Translations under genes and position numbers: made by a program
The notes under the pieces: model-generated
Database searches by the model: none
The model's input: the letters and a program-made list of their open reading frames with translations, nothing else
What the model was told of the DNA's origin: nothing
Assembly: GCA_013115145.1 (NCBI GenBank)
Contig: JAAPAO010000379.1
Span: 1-34,557 of the forward strand
Direction of reading: 5' to 3'
Length of the DNA: 34,557 nucleotides
Origin: Perkinsus chesapeaki ATCC PRA-425
Taxonomy: Eukaryota; Protista; Perkinsozoa
Part shown: positions 22,174 to 33,771 of the stretch, in pieces
Layout: every line of letters starts with the position of its first letter
Numbering within the stretch: the first letter of the stretch is position 1

Positions 22174-23502
22174 ATGTCAATACTGCTATTCCTAATATCG
22201 CTCTCCATAGTTGGTTCGACCACAGTGGACCGCTGCGCTACAACATGCTCTATCACACCTAATTGTGTATCTTCGCATTGTATGGATTTTAAACTCCCAG
22301 CTGTATGCCATGGTATTATTGTCCGACCTGATGGTTCCCTTTGTTCGGCTGATGATGGTCCTGCTAGCTGTAGTGGTCAACCTGCACCATGTGATAAGCT
22401 TTTCCCTTCGGAGCCTTTTACTACAACACCAACGGTAACAACTAATTCTGTAACAACTGAAGTTAGTACGTATAGTACAACAACCTCTACAACTTCTAAT
22501 GGTGGGTTCGATTATCTCATCGGCACTTGGTGTAATGGCCGTGACTATACTGATGGAATTATGTCTGTCGTGACATTCCTCGATGAGGATGACGTCTTGA
22601 TACTTTATGAAGGTGTAACCTACGCTATGAAGTATGTCATCGAACCAATAAACAAGATCTTTATTCGTGCTGCAACGCCTCCGCTCGACCTGAGTGTTGA
22701 GCAGCTTCTAAGCACCGCCGTCTTTCATGCTACACCGGACCCGCCATCCCTAATAAGTGTTCTTAAAGGTGTAGCGAATGGCAACTTTGGCCCTTCCGGT
22801 AAAGGCAAGACATGCGAGCCTCTGACAACTCCAGAGTTCGTTACAACTCAAATCGTAACTACTCCGGCTACTCCTACTGGACCAACTGTTGAGCCTTCTG
22901 GATTGTCGTGGACGTGGTGTGGTCAGACTGGCAGTAAGTTCGAATCTATTCGTTTCTCCGGTAACACCCTCGCAGTGCGTTACTTTGGCGATGCTTATTA
23001 TATGCAATACTACTGGGAGGGTAATCAGATGTACGTCTATGATGCTGACCCAGCTGATGAGGAGTATTTATTGATGGACTTTAGCCTTCTCCGAATGGAA
23101 TACTATGTCGATAAGATACATGTCTATTACGATGGAAGGTTTGCTGGAATTCACACCTTTGGTGGCAATTGCAGAATATTCCCAATTGCACATCCGCCGA
23201 CTATTGGTCTTCTTTCGTATAGGAAGTTTTGCTCTGAGCGTGATACTGGACTACCATATTTCGAGATTGGACTTACCGAGTCGTATATGACTCTACAAGT
23301 CTTTACTGATGAATACTTCACTCGTTGGGATGATCCCATCTTAAAGCTGCTCCCGGGGCGGCGGGAGCAGCTTAGGGGCAGCCGCGAGCATTCTCCCTCG
23401 ATTAGTTATTCTGATATCGGACTCATTGAACTTGATAATGGTTTTGAAACTCCAACTGATTTTGTTCAAGGCAATTTTAGATTAGTTTATTATGATACGT
23501 GA
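22174..23502 (+). CDS. Intronless secreted modular protein, 442 aa: signal peptide, 8-Cys domain, Thr-rich linkers and about three beta-rich modules
   Basis: Long uninterrupted ORF beginning MSILLFLISLSIVGS. Eight Cys lie in residues ~21-73, followed by T/P-rich spacers and modules starting YLIGTWC, LSWTWC and LSYRKFC. Confidence 0.85.
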   Translation: MSILLFLISLSIVGSTTVDRCATTCSITPNCVSSHCMDFKLPAVCHGIIVRPDGSLCSADDGPASCSGQPAPCDKLFPSEPFTTTPTVTTNSVTTEVSTYSTTTSTTSNGGFDYLIGTWCNGRDYTDGIMSVVTFLDEDDVLILYEGVTYAMKYVIEPINKIFIRAATPPLDLSVEQLLSTAVFHATPDPPSLISVLKGVANGNFGPSGKGKTCEPLTTPEFVTTQIVTTPATPTGPTVEPSGLSWTWCGQTGSKFESIRFSGNTLAVRYFGDAYYMQYYWEGNQMYVYDADPADEEYLLMDFSLLRMEYYVDKIHVYYDGRFAGIHTFGGNCRIFPIAHPPTIGLLSYRKFCSERDTGLPYFEIGLTESYMTLQVFTDEYFTRWDDPILKLLPGRREQLRGSREHSPSISYSDIGLIELDNGFETPTDFVQGNFRLVYYDT

Positions 23503-23714
23503 GTGAAGTTGATTTTTCAGAATGGGGAAAATGTTCCTCATATCAAACTTAACCGCTGTTGATGAAATAAACTTGATTATACGGTAGTCTATTTTGTATT
23601 ACTACTAACTTTATTTTCGCTGGCGCAATCGCCAGACATTGCCTACTAGGTAGGCATATACGTTATTCCCATCTTAATGCTGTTGAGTTCAGATCGAGTG
23701 TATAATCTATCCTG

Positions 23715-24427
23715 GAGCCAATTAAAGTGCTCGATTTTCCGAGTCCAAGTACTCGGAAAAGGGCGTTTTCCGAGCTCGGGTTAAAAGTTCGAATTAAAGT
23801 GCGTTCATAATCCCAAGTAAAAACCCGAGTACTCGGTCTCGGAGAAACGACCCAAGTGACCTTATTTTCCGAGCAATGCGTTAAAGTATTCAGTTAAGCC
23901 CATCCCGAGTACTGCAATTCTTCGGAGTGATTCTAGACTCCGAAAACTGTTCCGAGTAAAGCAGATTCTTCATACACAACATCAATTCTCCCCAAGAAAC
24001 GCTTTTATCGCCTCACAAACATCTTACGTTACTTGCATGCAATGCCAATGTCGTAAGAGCTTGTGCTGCGCTTCGCAATTACATCATTGTCAACAAAATT
24101 GAGCAAGAAGAGGATATTGACTCCGATGTCGAATCCGATACGGAGTCGGAGTCCCCCGAGTCTGAGTGAAGTGCAGTGTTACCAGTAGGAGTAGCAGTTT
24201 CCGAGTGGCGTCAGTTTCCCGAGTTAAGTCCGGCACCGAGTTTAAACACTTTAATTCATTTGAAATGCCTTTTACCGAGTCCTCTGCAGAAGAGCTCGGA
24301 GAAATGGTGTTTCCGAGTCAGTTCACTTTGATTGGGGGCAACTCGGGAAAGGAAGTGTCCGAGCTCGGAACTCGGGTCCGAGCACTCGGACTCGGAACTC
24401 GGAAGCCCATTTCACTTTAATCGCCTC
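23715..24427 (+). mobile_element. Non-autonomous, internally deleted PIF/Harbinger-like DNA transposon
   Basis: Imperfect 15-bp TIRs (GAGCCAATTAAAGTG at 23715; the reverse complement of the right end is GAGGCGATTAAAGTG) are flanked by CTG on both sides (23712-23714, 24428-24430). Subterminal CCGAG/CTCGG motifs are dense. An internal fragment at 24038-24169 encodes NVVRACAALRNYII plus an acidic tail, like the ACxxLHN C-terminus of Harbinger transposases. Confidence 0.65.
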
Positions 24428-24430
24428 CTG

Positions 24431-24660
24431 GAGCCCGTTCAAGTGTCCACTTTTCCGAGCGCACATGCTAAGTGAACCCCAAGGAGTGTTACTGACTCTG
24501 TGACCCCACGGAGGGGTCACAAAAGTGACCCCTCCGAGCTCGGAACAAAATTTTCTGTTCAAGTGCCATCCGTCCGAGTCCTCCGATTCCAAGGATTCGG
24601 AGAAACCCTTCCGAGCCCAACTCCGAGCTACAGTGATCAGATCTTCCGAGTGCCCTGCAT
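24431..24660 (+). mobile_element. Left end of a second related Harbinger-like element, with no right end found
   Basis: It starts immediately after the CTG with GAGCCCGTTCAAGTG...TTTTCCGAGC, similar to the first element's left end, and continues with CCGAG motifs. Confidence 0.45.
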
Positions 24661-24740
24661 GCGCGTGCATCCGCACTCGCATGACTGTGTTCGCGCGTAC
24701 AAGCACGAATCTCGCTCACCCATAATTGTATGCAATGCTT

Positions 24741-24785
24741 AGCTGCGACCGTTTCATGCATACTATGCATGAAACGGTCGCAGCT
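24741..24785. repeat. Perfect inverted repeat with 22-bp arms and a 1-nt loop
   Basis: AGCTGCGACCGTTTCATGCATA-C-TATGCATGAAACGGTCGCAGCT. Confidence 0.97.
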
Positions 24786-24818
24786 GAGCGGTTGGATATG
24801 AGATCCGAGATAAGAATA

Positions 24819-26193
24819 CAGTGCGCAACATAACTATTAGTCACTTACGATACGTCACCTGGTTCAAAAAGTCTCCCATGTCGCGAATGCATCGTGAAAT
24901 AAAAGCAACACGCACTCCCAGCACGCAACACAACTTTAGCAATTTTTTCAGCGTGACCGCGTTCGGCATCCGATTGCAATGAACATGCACGGTTTTGGAT
25001 ACGCATGTTCATTCTAACTGTGAAGCGAGCCTCACACAACACCCGCTTTTGCTTCCCGATAGAGGTTGAAGATGTCCAAGGGTAAATACGTGAGCGCTAC
25101 CGATAAAGTTAGGATCAAGGCCATGCATGCCAAACAGAAGCCTGGAGGTGCCTCAGCACCAGATGTTACTAAGCAACTAGAGCTACCGGTTTCACCGCAG
25201 ACTGTGAGCAGGTTTTTGAAGAACGAGGGAGCTTCCTACTCCAGTTTCAAGGCGACTGCACCTCTGACCGGTGTACATAAGGCCGCACGGATAAGGTTTG
25301 CACAGCACCACTTAGAAAACCACACCGATTTCAGTCGCTGGATCTTAAGCGACGAAAAACGCTTCTCTCTAGATGGCCCTGATGGTGTATTTTATGCATG
25401 GCATATGCCATCCCAGCTACAACAGCTTCGGAGCAAGAGATCCTTCCAGGGAGGAAGCATTATGGTGTGGGGCGCGATTCGCGCGGACCATACGGTTGCT
25501 TTAACTGAGGTCACAGTGAGAATGAACAGCACCGTCTATCAAGAGGTCTTGTCTGGTCATCTCCTACCCTACCTTGAAGCTTCAGGTGATGAAAATCTGA
25601 TCTTCCAACAAGATAATGCTCCTTGTCACGCCAGTCGTAGCACGGTGAGTTGGTTTCAGGGCCAGGGAGTGGCCAGTACAGACTGGCCCTCTCTGAGCCC
25701 TGACCTCAATCCTACCGAAAACATATGGGGCTACCTAGTAAAGTGTCTTTATGGACCAAGAAAGCCGATTATCCAGTCTAAGGAGCACCTACGTCCCCGT
25801 ATCTACGCTGCGTGGGAAAGCATGCCAGCAGCGGCTATACGCAACTGTACTGAGTCTGTTCCAAGACGACTGAGTCAAGTTCTCTTGAAGCAAGGCGCCA
25901 AGACAGACTACTAAACATGTATTTCCTCATTTTCTATTATTTTAAGTGAACCTCTAGCCCAGGATAGGATGACGAGTGAGCCGCGCTGAAAAAACTGCTA
26001 AAGTTGTGTTGCGTGCTGGGAGTGCGTGTTGCTTATATTGCACGATGCATTCGCGACACGGAAGACTTTTTTGAACCAGGTGACGTATCGTAAGTGTCTA
26101 ATAGTTATGTCAAAAGGAAAATAATGATTTTGTGAATACTCGTGGAAAAATCGCAGAAAAAAACCGTTCTTGCTAAAGTTTTGTTGCGCACTG
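24819..26193 (+). mobile_element. Tc1/mariner superfamily (Tc3-like, DD34E) transposon, 1375 bp, with TA target duplication
   Basis: TA|CAGTGCGCAACA ... TGTTGCGCACTG|TA. Long TIRs at 24819-24953 and 25984-26110 carry a few mismatches, and the element contains a transposase ORF. Confidence 0.92.
25072..25914 (+). CDS. Tc3-like DD34E transposase, 280 aa, with a shortened N-terminal DNA-binding region
   Basis: Motifs SDEKRFSLDGPDG, GGSIMVWGAI, FQQDNAPCH and WPSLSPDLNPTENIW are present, with 34 residues between the second D and the E. The ORF is intact with no stops. Confidence 0.93.
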   Translation: MSKGKYVSATDKVRIKAMHAKQKPGGASAPDVTKQLELPVSPQTVSRFLKNEGASYSSFKATAPLTGVHKAARIRFAQHHLENHTDFSRWILSDEKRFSLDGPDGVFYAWHMPSQLQQLRSKRSFQGGSIMVWGAIRADHTVALTEVTVRMNSTVYQEVLSGHLLPYLEASGDENLIFQQDNAPCHASRSTVSWFQGQGVASTDWPSLSPDLNPTENIWGYLVKCLYGPRKPIIQSKEHLRPRIYAAWESMPAAAIRNCTESVPRRLSQVLLKQGAKTDY

Positions 26194-27046
26194 TATATTG
26201 TTTGTACTTAATCCAACTATGCCCAATACAGTTGTTGAGTCAACCAGTGCGAGTGCATCTGCTAATAGACTGCTGAACACGCACGTGCATCACCACTAGT
26301 TTGTGGTAGGAGTTTCCTGCATTCCTTCTACGTCTGCCCGTTTGTAGCCATGTGCTTGCTATATTGTGTGTAAATCGATTCCGTTCGGCCACATGTACCT
26401 ACGAGTCTTTTTATCCCCTGCTGTTGTAGTCAGTCGCAAGCGTGGCGCTTTTTGTATCAATTAGCTGAGTGCGCACGCGTACGGTGTGAGCCGCAAAGAG
26501 AAAATGCGCCGGAAATTCGGGCCCGGAATATTTCTTCCGTGCTGTTGGCGAGTTAGCTTCACCTACGCTGCATTACTTCGAGGTCGCAATCTATTTGTAC
26601 CTTAAAGCTGTATTGCCTGCCCGCTAAGTACTACTTCGTATAAAGCCTTTGGGATGGTATTACCAGAGTCACCCATCGCCTACCGACAGTATCAGTCGAC
26701 GCCCCCTTCACGACTCCGCCCACAAACTTTTCTTGTTGCGTACACCTCTGTTCGAGAGCGTTTGTTGCCGTATAAGCTTATGGCTAGTGCCAAAATTTGT
26801 CATTTTCTGTTGCTTGCGAGCAATATGGCCTCGAGTTTTATCAGTCGAGTTCAACTGCGCGACCCCACATTTGGTAGTAACCAAATTCTGGTTCTTTCAC
26901 TTTGCTCAACACGAGATGTTAATAACTATTAATAATGAATTAATCATCTTATTGCCGCTATTTCATCAATCATGAACGGGGGCACCAAGCATCATGCATA
27001 ATAGAATAATAATATATTACTACTGCAGCTGCGGGCCTTTATAGGT

Positions 27047-28327
27047 CTATACAGTCCTATCTTCTTTAATCCATATCTACAGTCAACAGCTTCTTAATGG
27101 GTCATCAAACATATTCTTACTTCTCCTGTGCCCCATGTAATAGTTCCAGCTTCAATATCGACTATAGCTTCACTCAGTTCTATGTTACCTATCTTCAACA
27201 CTCCATCCACTAATCTATCACCTGAGATAACAGAGGCGATGATAAAATGACGATGATGATTTTAACCTTTAAGATAAGCTGTGATCTCCTGTAATGGTCC
27301 CCATTCACCCCACACTCTACTAGTCTTAATATCATGATTAAGATAAATCTGATAAGAGGAAGATGCCCTTATTATTAGTAAATCTTCACTACCTCCCATA
27401 CAGTAGATTTCCATAAACCTGTTATAAGGTCTGTCTTATCATCATTTGGTAAGCAGCAGCATATTTGTGGTGATGGTAAATAATACAATGTCTTTAATCG
27501 TTGTTCATCACTTTTGTATCCACCATAGAGGACCCCTTCATTGGCGGCCTCCTTATTCACGACTTCAACTTCACTGCTGCCGTTAGTACAGGAATCTAGC
27601 ACCTCAGTAGAGGCATCCTCTCGAGGTTGTTGCGGTGGCTAAGTACATGATAATACCGCAACTAATAGTATATACCTTACATCATCATCATCCTCTTCAT
27701 CATCATCATCATCCATCCATATTGATGATAATAATAAGGTAGTATTATCAGTTAATAGAGGCCTCCTCCCTTCCTGTACATCAGGCGATAGGCTAAGCCT
27801 AGGTCGCTTGCCTCGAGGTGGCTCTTGTTGTTCTTGTTGTTGGCAATTAACAGTATTGCCAAATTTAACTCTTGCTTCATTATCCTAAGCCATGAGTCAC
27901 CAACATGATCATCAACAACAACCTAGACAACTATCATTCTCACCATTTTGTCTACTCCTCCCTCTTCATTATTATTATAATCAGTAAGTTCACTTCGTGT
28001 TCTAATACGTCTAATATCTTCTTGTTGATGCTGATGATGATCTCTAGGTGTTGGTGATGTAGAACATGGTCTAGTCTCTGCCTCGTCCTCGTCCACCTCC
28101 TCATTATTATTATTATTACTTACTAGACTTCTCAAACGCCATGTACGATTAGTAGATAATACTTTGAAATGTGTTGTCCTCCTTCTCATCTCGTGTGAAT
28201 CATTATTATTTAATCCATCGACTCTACTTGCTCTATTATTGCCATTATTGTCACCATCATTTCCTAATGCTATCCTACGCCTATTAGACGCACGACGACG
28301 ACCTACACGACGGATCCGGGGGGCCAT
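27047..28327 (-). CDS. Multi-exon hypothetical protein with a low-complexity N-terminus
   Basis: MAPRIRRVGRRR...; DNEARVKFGN...PPRGKRPRLSLSP; LYYLPSPQICCCLPNDDKTDLITGLWKSTVWE; YQIYLNHDIKTSRVWGEWGPLQEITAYLKG|DRLVDGVLKIG...GTITWGTGE|IWIKEDRTV*, with GT-AG borders on the 3' exons. Confidence 0.6.
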
Positions 28328-28489
28328 GATGATATTATTAATATATCATGAATCTATTAAATAGTATACTGAACTAAATATAGGCGGATGTTAGTTGTAG
28401 CAGCAGCAGCAGCAGTAGCAGACAAAAATAATACATATCTAGCAAGCATGTTAAAGGCTACCACCACAATCATCACCATCTTATTCTCC

Positions 28490-29297
28490 TCAGCTTTGTT
28501 CTCTTCTACGTTGTGATACTATATCATTAATAATACTTTGACGCTGTTGATCAGTTATACCATATAACCAATCATCTAAGAATGTATTCATATCATGTGC
28601 TTGCTCTCCTTCTTGTTGTTTATTAACATACTTTCTAGTATTTGGATCATTACAGAACAATGCTACCCTAAAAATATTATAAGCATTAGTATCAAGCAGG
28701 AATTCAACATCATCACTTACTACCTCAATAAATGAGTATTACGATAAGATACATCCTTACAGTAGCTCTGATCGCGGGTAGTGGTGGATGATGAAGGAGG
28801 AGGAGGAAGGTGAGGTTGGGATATATTATTCATTATATCTTTATTTGATGATGAGCTGCTGCTGTACGTTGACTTCCTAGTAGGAGTAGTGTTATTAATT
28901 CTAGTTCTAGTTGTAATATCGGCTTCCTTAGCCATTCTTATCATATCTTTAACCTTCCTCAATGGTATACGCTGATAACGCTCTAATATGGGGAATCTTG
29001 ATAGATTACATTGTGCATCGAATAGCACACGAAACATGGCATTGATCCTTGCATCAATCAATATTAATGGTGAGGGGGTTGATGATGATGATGATGAGAA
29101 TGATTTCCTATTCTTTAATAATATATCACTTAATGACTCTATACAACCATCATCAACAACATCATCATCATATCCTTTATTATATTCTAAAAGTATCCAA
29201 CTAACGGTTATCTTCAATAATAACATACAACGTGGTAACCAATAAGAGCAGTAGTAGCGCCCTTCATCGATACTACTATTATTACCATCACATACTT

Positions 29298-29332
<35 letters not shown>

Positions 29333-30664
29333 AAACCAGATATACACTTAGTTTGCCATAAATATAAAATGGTTAATATTAATGCATGTCTATGCTTTAA
29401 TGGTAATGACGGTGATATATTATAATCAACTTCATTATCATCACTATAGTCTATATGAAACATAAGCCAATAGGCTAAATGTGCTAATAATCCTGCTAAT
29501 CTAGGTAACTCGCATTCAACACATATTCGACCAAACTGCTCCCGTTGTTGCTGTTGTTGTTGTATTGGCGGCGGCTCTCCTGGATTATTATAATGATCAT
29601 TATTAACGGTTGTTGTCTTCCTTCTGCCTTTTTTAGTATTTTTTAGTAATTGATTTGGGTAATGATGTGTTATATATTCCAACATATATTTTTCAACTTG
29701 TGATATAGTTACTGTTATCCTCCTCTTTGTTATTATATCAATTATGTCATCATTATTAATTATATTAATAATGTTAATATCATCACTTCTACTATACCTC
29801 CCCCATACCCTATCACCATCTATACGATTACTCTTAATATCATCCTGACTAGTATGATGATTAATATTATTAAAGTAAGCGAAAGGCCATATAAATCTAT
29901 ACATGATATTATTTATATTACTACCATTATCCATTGTATCTACTATATTCTTCATCTTAGTATTACCAATACTTCTTATACGTTGGCCTTCAGCTCGTAG
30001 TTGTTCAAGTTCATTGGTAATAATCTCCGATGATGGTGTTAACTGTTTAATACCTCCATTATTATGCACCAACCTTCCTTCCTGCCGACGCTTAGTATCT
30101 CTCTTTATATCCACCATATGCTGCTGCTGCTGCTCGCACAATACGTCATCTAACATCAGTATCAAGTATAACGACGGCGGCGGCGGTGGTGATCATGTAT
30201 ATTATATTACCGCTATTACTCTTATTAGATAGTGTCCTAATCGGTTGTGATGGTGGTGGTGGTGTCATATCCAACATCCTACCATTACCAATCTTCTTAC
30301 TTTTATCCTGTAATATAATCTCTGATTTATCATTATTGTTATCATAGCATTTATTATATATCTTAGGGGTTATATGAATAGATGATGCTATATCATCATG
30401 TTTAGATATCCCTCTACCTTCTTCTGTTTCATTATCCCATTTAGGTATTATATTACAATAATCCATTAATTCCCCTTTACTCCTCCGTACCATTTCCTTT
30501 ACCCTTCCTTTAGTTGGTCTAACACCAATACTTTCCAAATATTTACTAGCATAATCATTATTAATCGCTTCATAATAATGATCCTTATCCTGGACTCCCT
30601 CATCATTAGCAGACTTGTTCTTCTTCTTGTTGTTAAGCCATAGTGTTATACCCTCCTCTAGCAT
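28490..30664 (-). CDS. Hypothetical protein of at least 3 exons, with N/D/S homopolymer inserts around a helical core
   Basis: ORF 30664-~30230 is joined by a phase-1 intron to the long ORF (DVLCEQQQQH...), then by a phase-2 intron to a terminal exon VALFCNDPNTRKY...RREEQS*. The core has GLLAHLAYWLMFH and RINAMFRVLFDAQCNLSRFPILE motifs. AT-rich in-frame introns may be hidden in the long ORF. Confidence 0.7.
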
Positions 30665-31089
30665 AATAATAATAAATGCTGTAGAGCAATATTTAATACT
30701 ATTATTAACAACAACATATTATATAGTGCAGATAACCCTACTTTGAGGAGGATAAGGTAATGATAAGCTTATGTACAGTATTATTAATAATAAGGTAGTA
30801 TTAGTACTAGATAATAGCACCACTATATATTATTTTTAATACTGTATTATAACCATTATCAACAACCTCTAATAATAATTATACATTCTCCTACTCGTCG
30901 TTTATCATTGCTACTGTTAACGACATGAACGGTTGTTGAATACTTTCCCCTTCTATATTAATGGTATGACCAAAGTATGAGTATATAAGGGAAAATATAG
31001 TAATTAAGTTATGTTACAATAGATAATGATAATAATATATTACAGCTTGCTTATTGCTTGTAACAACAACAAAAGGTAGTAGTATATCA

Positions 31090-31761
31090 TTATAACCTAG
31101 TAGTAATATCAGTATTCCTATCATAAGACCTTCGCATTATCTTATTAACAGCTGCTGCTGATGATGATGCTGCTACTATATTATTATCATTTCTTGCCCT
31201 TATGTTACGCTGCGGAGAATGCATGGATGATGAGGCATCACTAATAATATCACACCTACCACCATTCTCTAATATATTATGTTGTTTAATATAATATGAA
31301 TCACCATCATGAGCACAAGGTGATGGTGTTGATGTTAATGACGATGAGACTCGATTATTAGATATACCCCTAGTTGTTGCAGTTGTCGATGTTGTTGATG
31401 TTGCTGTAGTACTAGTATTATCACTAATCAACTGCTGGGGCTGTAATAATAATGATCGTAAGCTCTCAGCCATATTTTTAACCAAATCAGCTTCTGGTTT
31501 AGATTGTGGTAATTTACCAGTCTTATAATAAGCCATTATCTTTTGCCTTGTTGATGCCCATTTGGTCCTAACTTGTTTAGGTGTTCTAAATACATTACCA
31601 TTAGCTTTACGTAGCTCACTAGCAACATCATCAAAAGCCTGTCCTCTAGCAGCAACTGCATCTCTTGAGCTTGATCTAGATACTATTATCTTCGCACGAT
31701 ATAATATCTCAGCTTCGAATACTTTAAGATCATCACTAGAGAATCTTATATATTGAGACAT
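31090..31761 (-). CDS. Myb/SANT-like DNA-binding-domain protein (MSANTD/NAIF1, Harbinger ORF2 type), about 223 aa
   Basis: From ATG 31761: MSQYIRFSSDDLKVFEAEILYRAKIIVSRSSSRDAVAARGQAFDDVASELRKANGNVFRTPKQVRTKWASTRQK. This fits the remembered pattern FSxxE...KxxAWxxIAxxxN...RTxxQxKxKW. A T/S-rich disordered tail follows. Confidence 0.72.
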   Translation of the reverse strand: MSQYIRFSSDDLKVFEAEILYRAKIIVSRSSSRDAVAARGQAFDDVASELRKANGNVFRTPKQVRTKWASTRQKIMAYYKTGKLPQSKPEADLVKNMAESLRSLLLQPQQLISDNTSTTATSTTSTTATTRGISNNRVSSSLTSTPSPCAHDGDSYYIKQHNILENGGRCDIISDASSSMHSPQRNIRARNDNNIVAASSSAAAVNKIMRRSYDRNTDITTRL

Positions 31762-32444
31762 AGCACCAGGAGGAGGAGATGGCTGATGAGGCAGTAGAGA
31801 TAATAATAAAAAGAAGAAGACAATCCTAATAACAAAATAATAGCTTATATCACCAGTAACCGCCGCCGACGCCCAACGAGGACGACAACAACGACGAGCA
31901 CAGCACAATAAAACAATATTGTGCTGATATTATAATTCTTAATAATAATGAGGCACTCCACCAACGATTATTATGTCACCACCGTTATATTGGTGGAGCG
32001 ACACCGCCGCCGCCGCCATCATCATCATCATTTAAAGTTGTTGATTCATGATGGTCTCGCGCGCCATAAAGCTCAAAAACTATTTTCCATTATATTGATC
32101 GTAATGATGATGTTATTGAATAACCTTTCATAATATTGTAAGGCTAGCTTACCATATCTTAATAATAGCTATTATAATATATAGATATATAACGCTATGT
32201 TGTGCTATTAATACGATGGTGACACGGTGGCGACGCCTCCAAAAACAGGGAGACCGTCCCCCAAGGATTTTGGCGTCTCATTGTGTGGATTGCTCTTTAT
32301 TTAACCGTCTCTTATATCAATTACAACCCATCCTTTATTATAATACATTAATAGTATTATTAGTAGTATTATACGTATTTAGCTATATTTATACGTTACA
32401 GCTTATATTACCATCAGCAGCTTATAGCGGTTATTCTATTAATA

Positions 32445-33771
<1,327 letters not shown>

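Noticed and set aside
24166-25042. Several short ORFs called over the transposon cluster
   Set aside because: They lie in TIR and CCGAG-repeat DNA, overlap in multiple frames and have no coding hallmarks.
26649-26975. Two overlapping + strand ORFs before the GC transition
   Set aside because: Both start at non-ATG codons, have no motif and no splice support.
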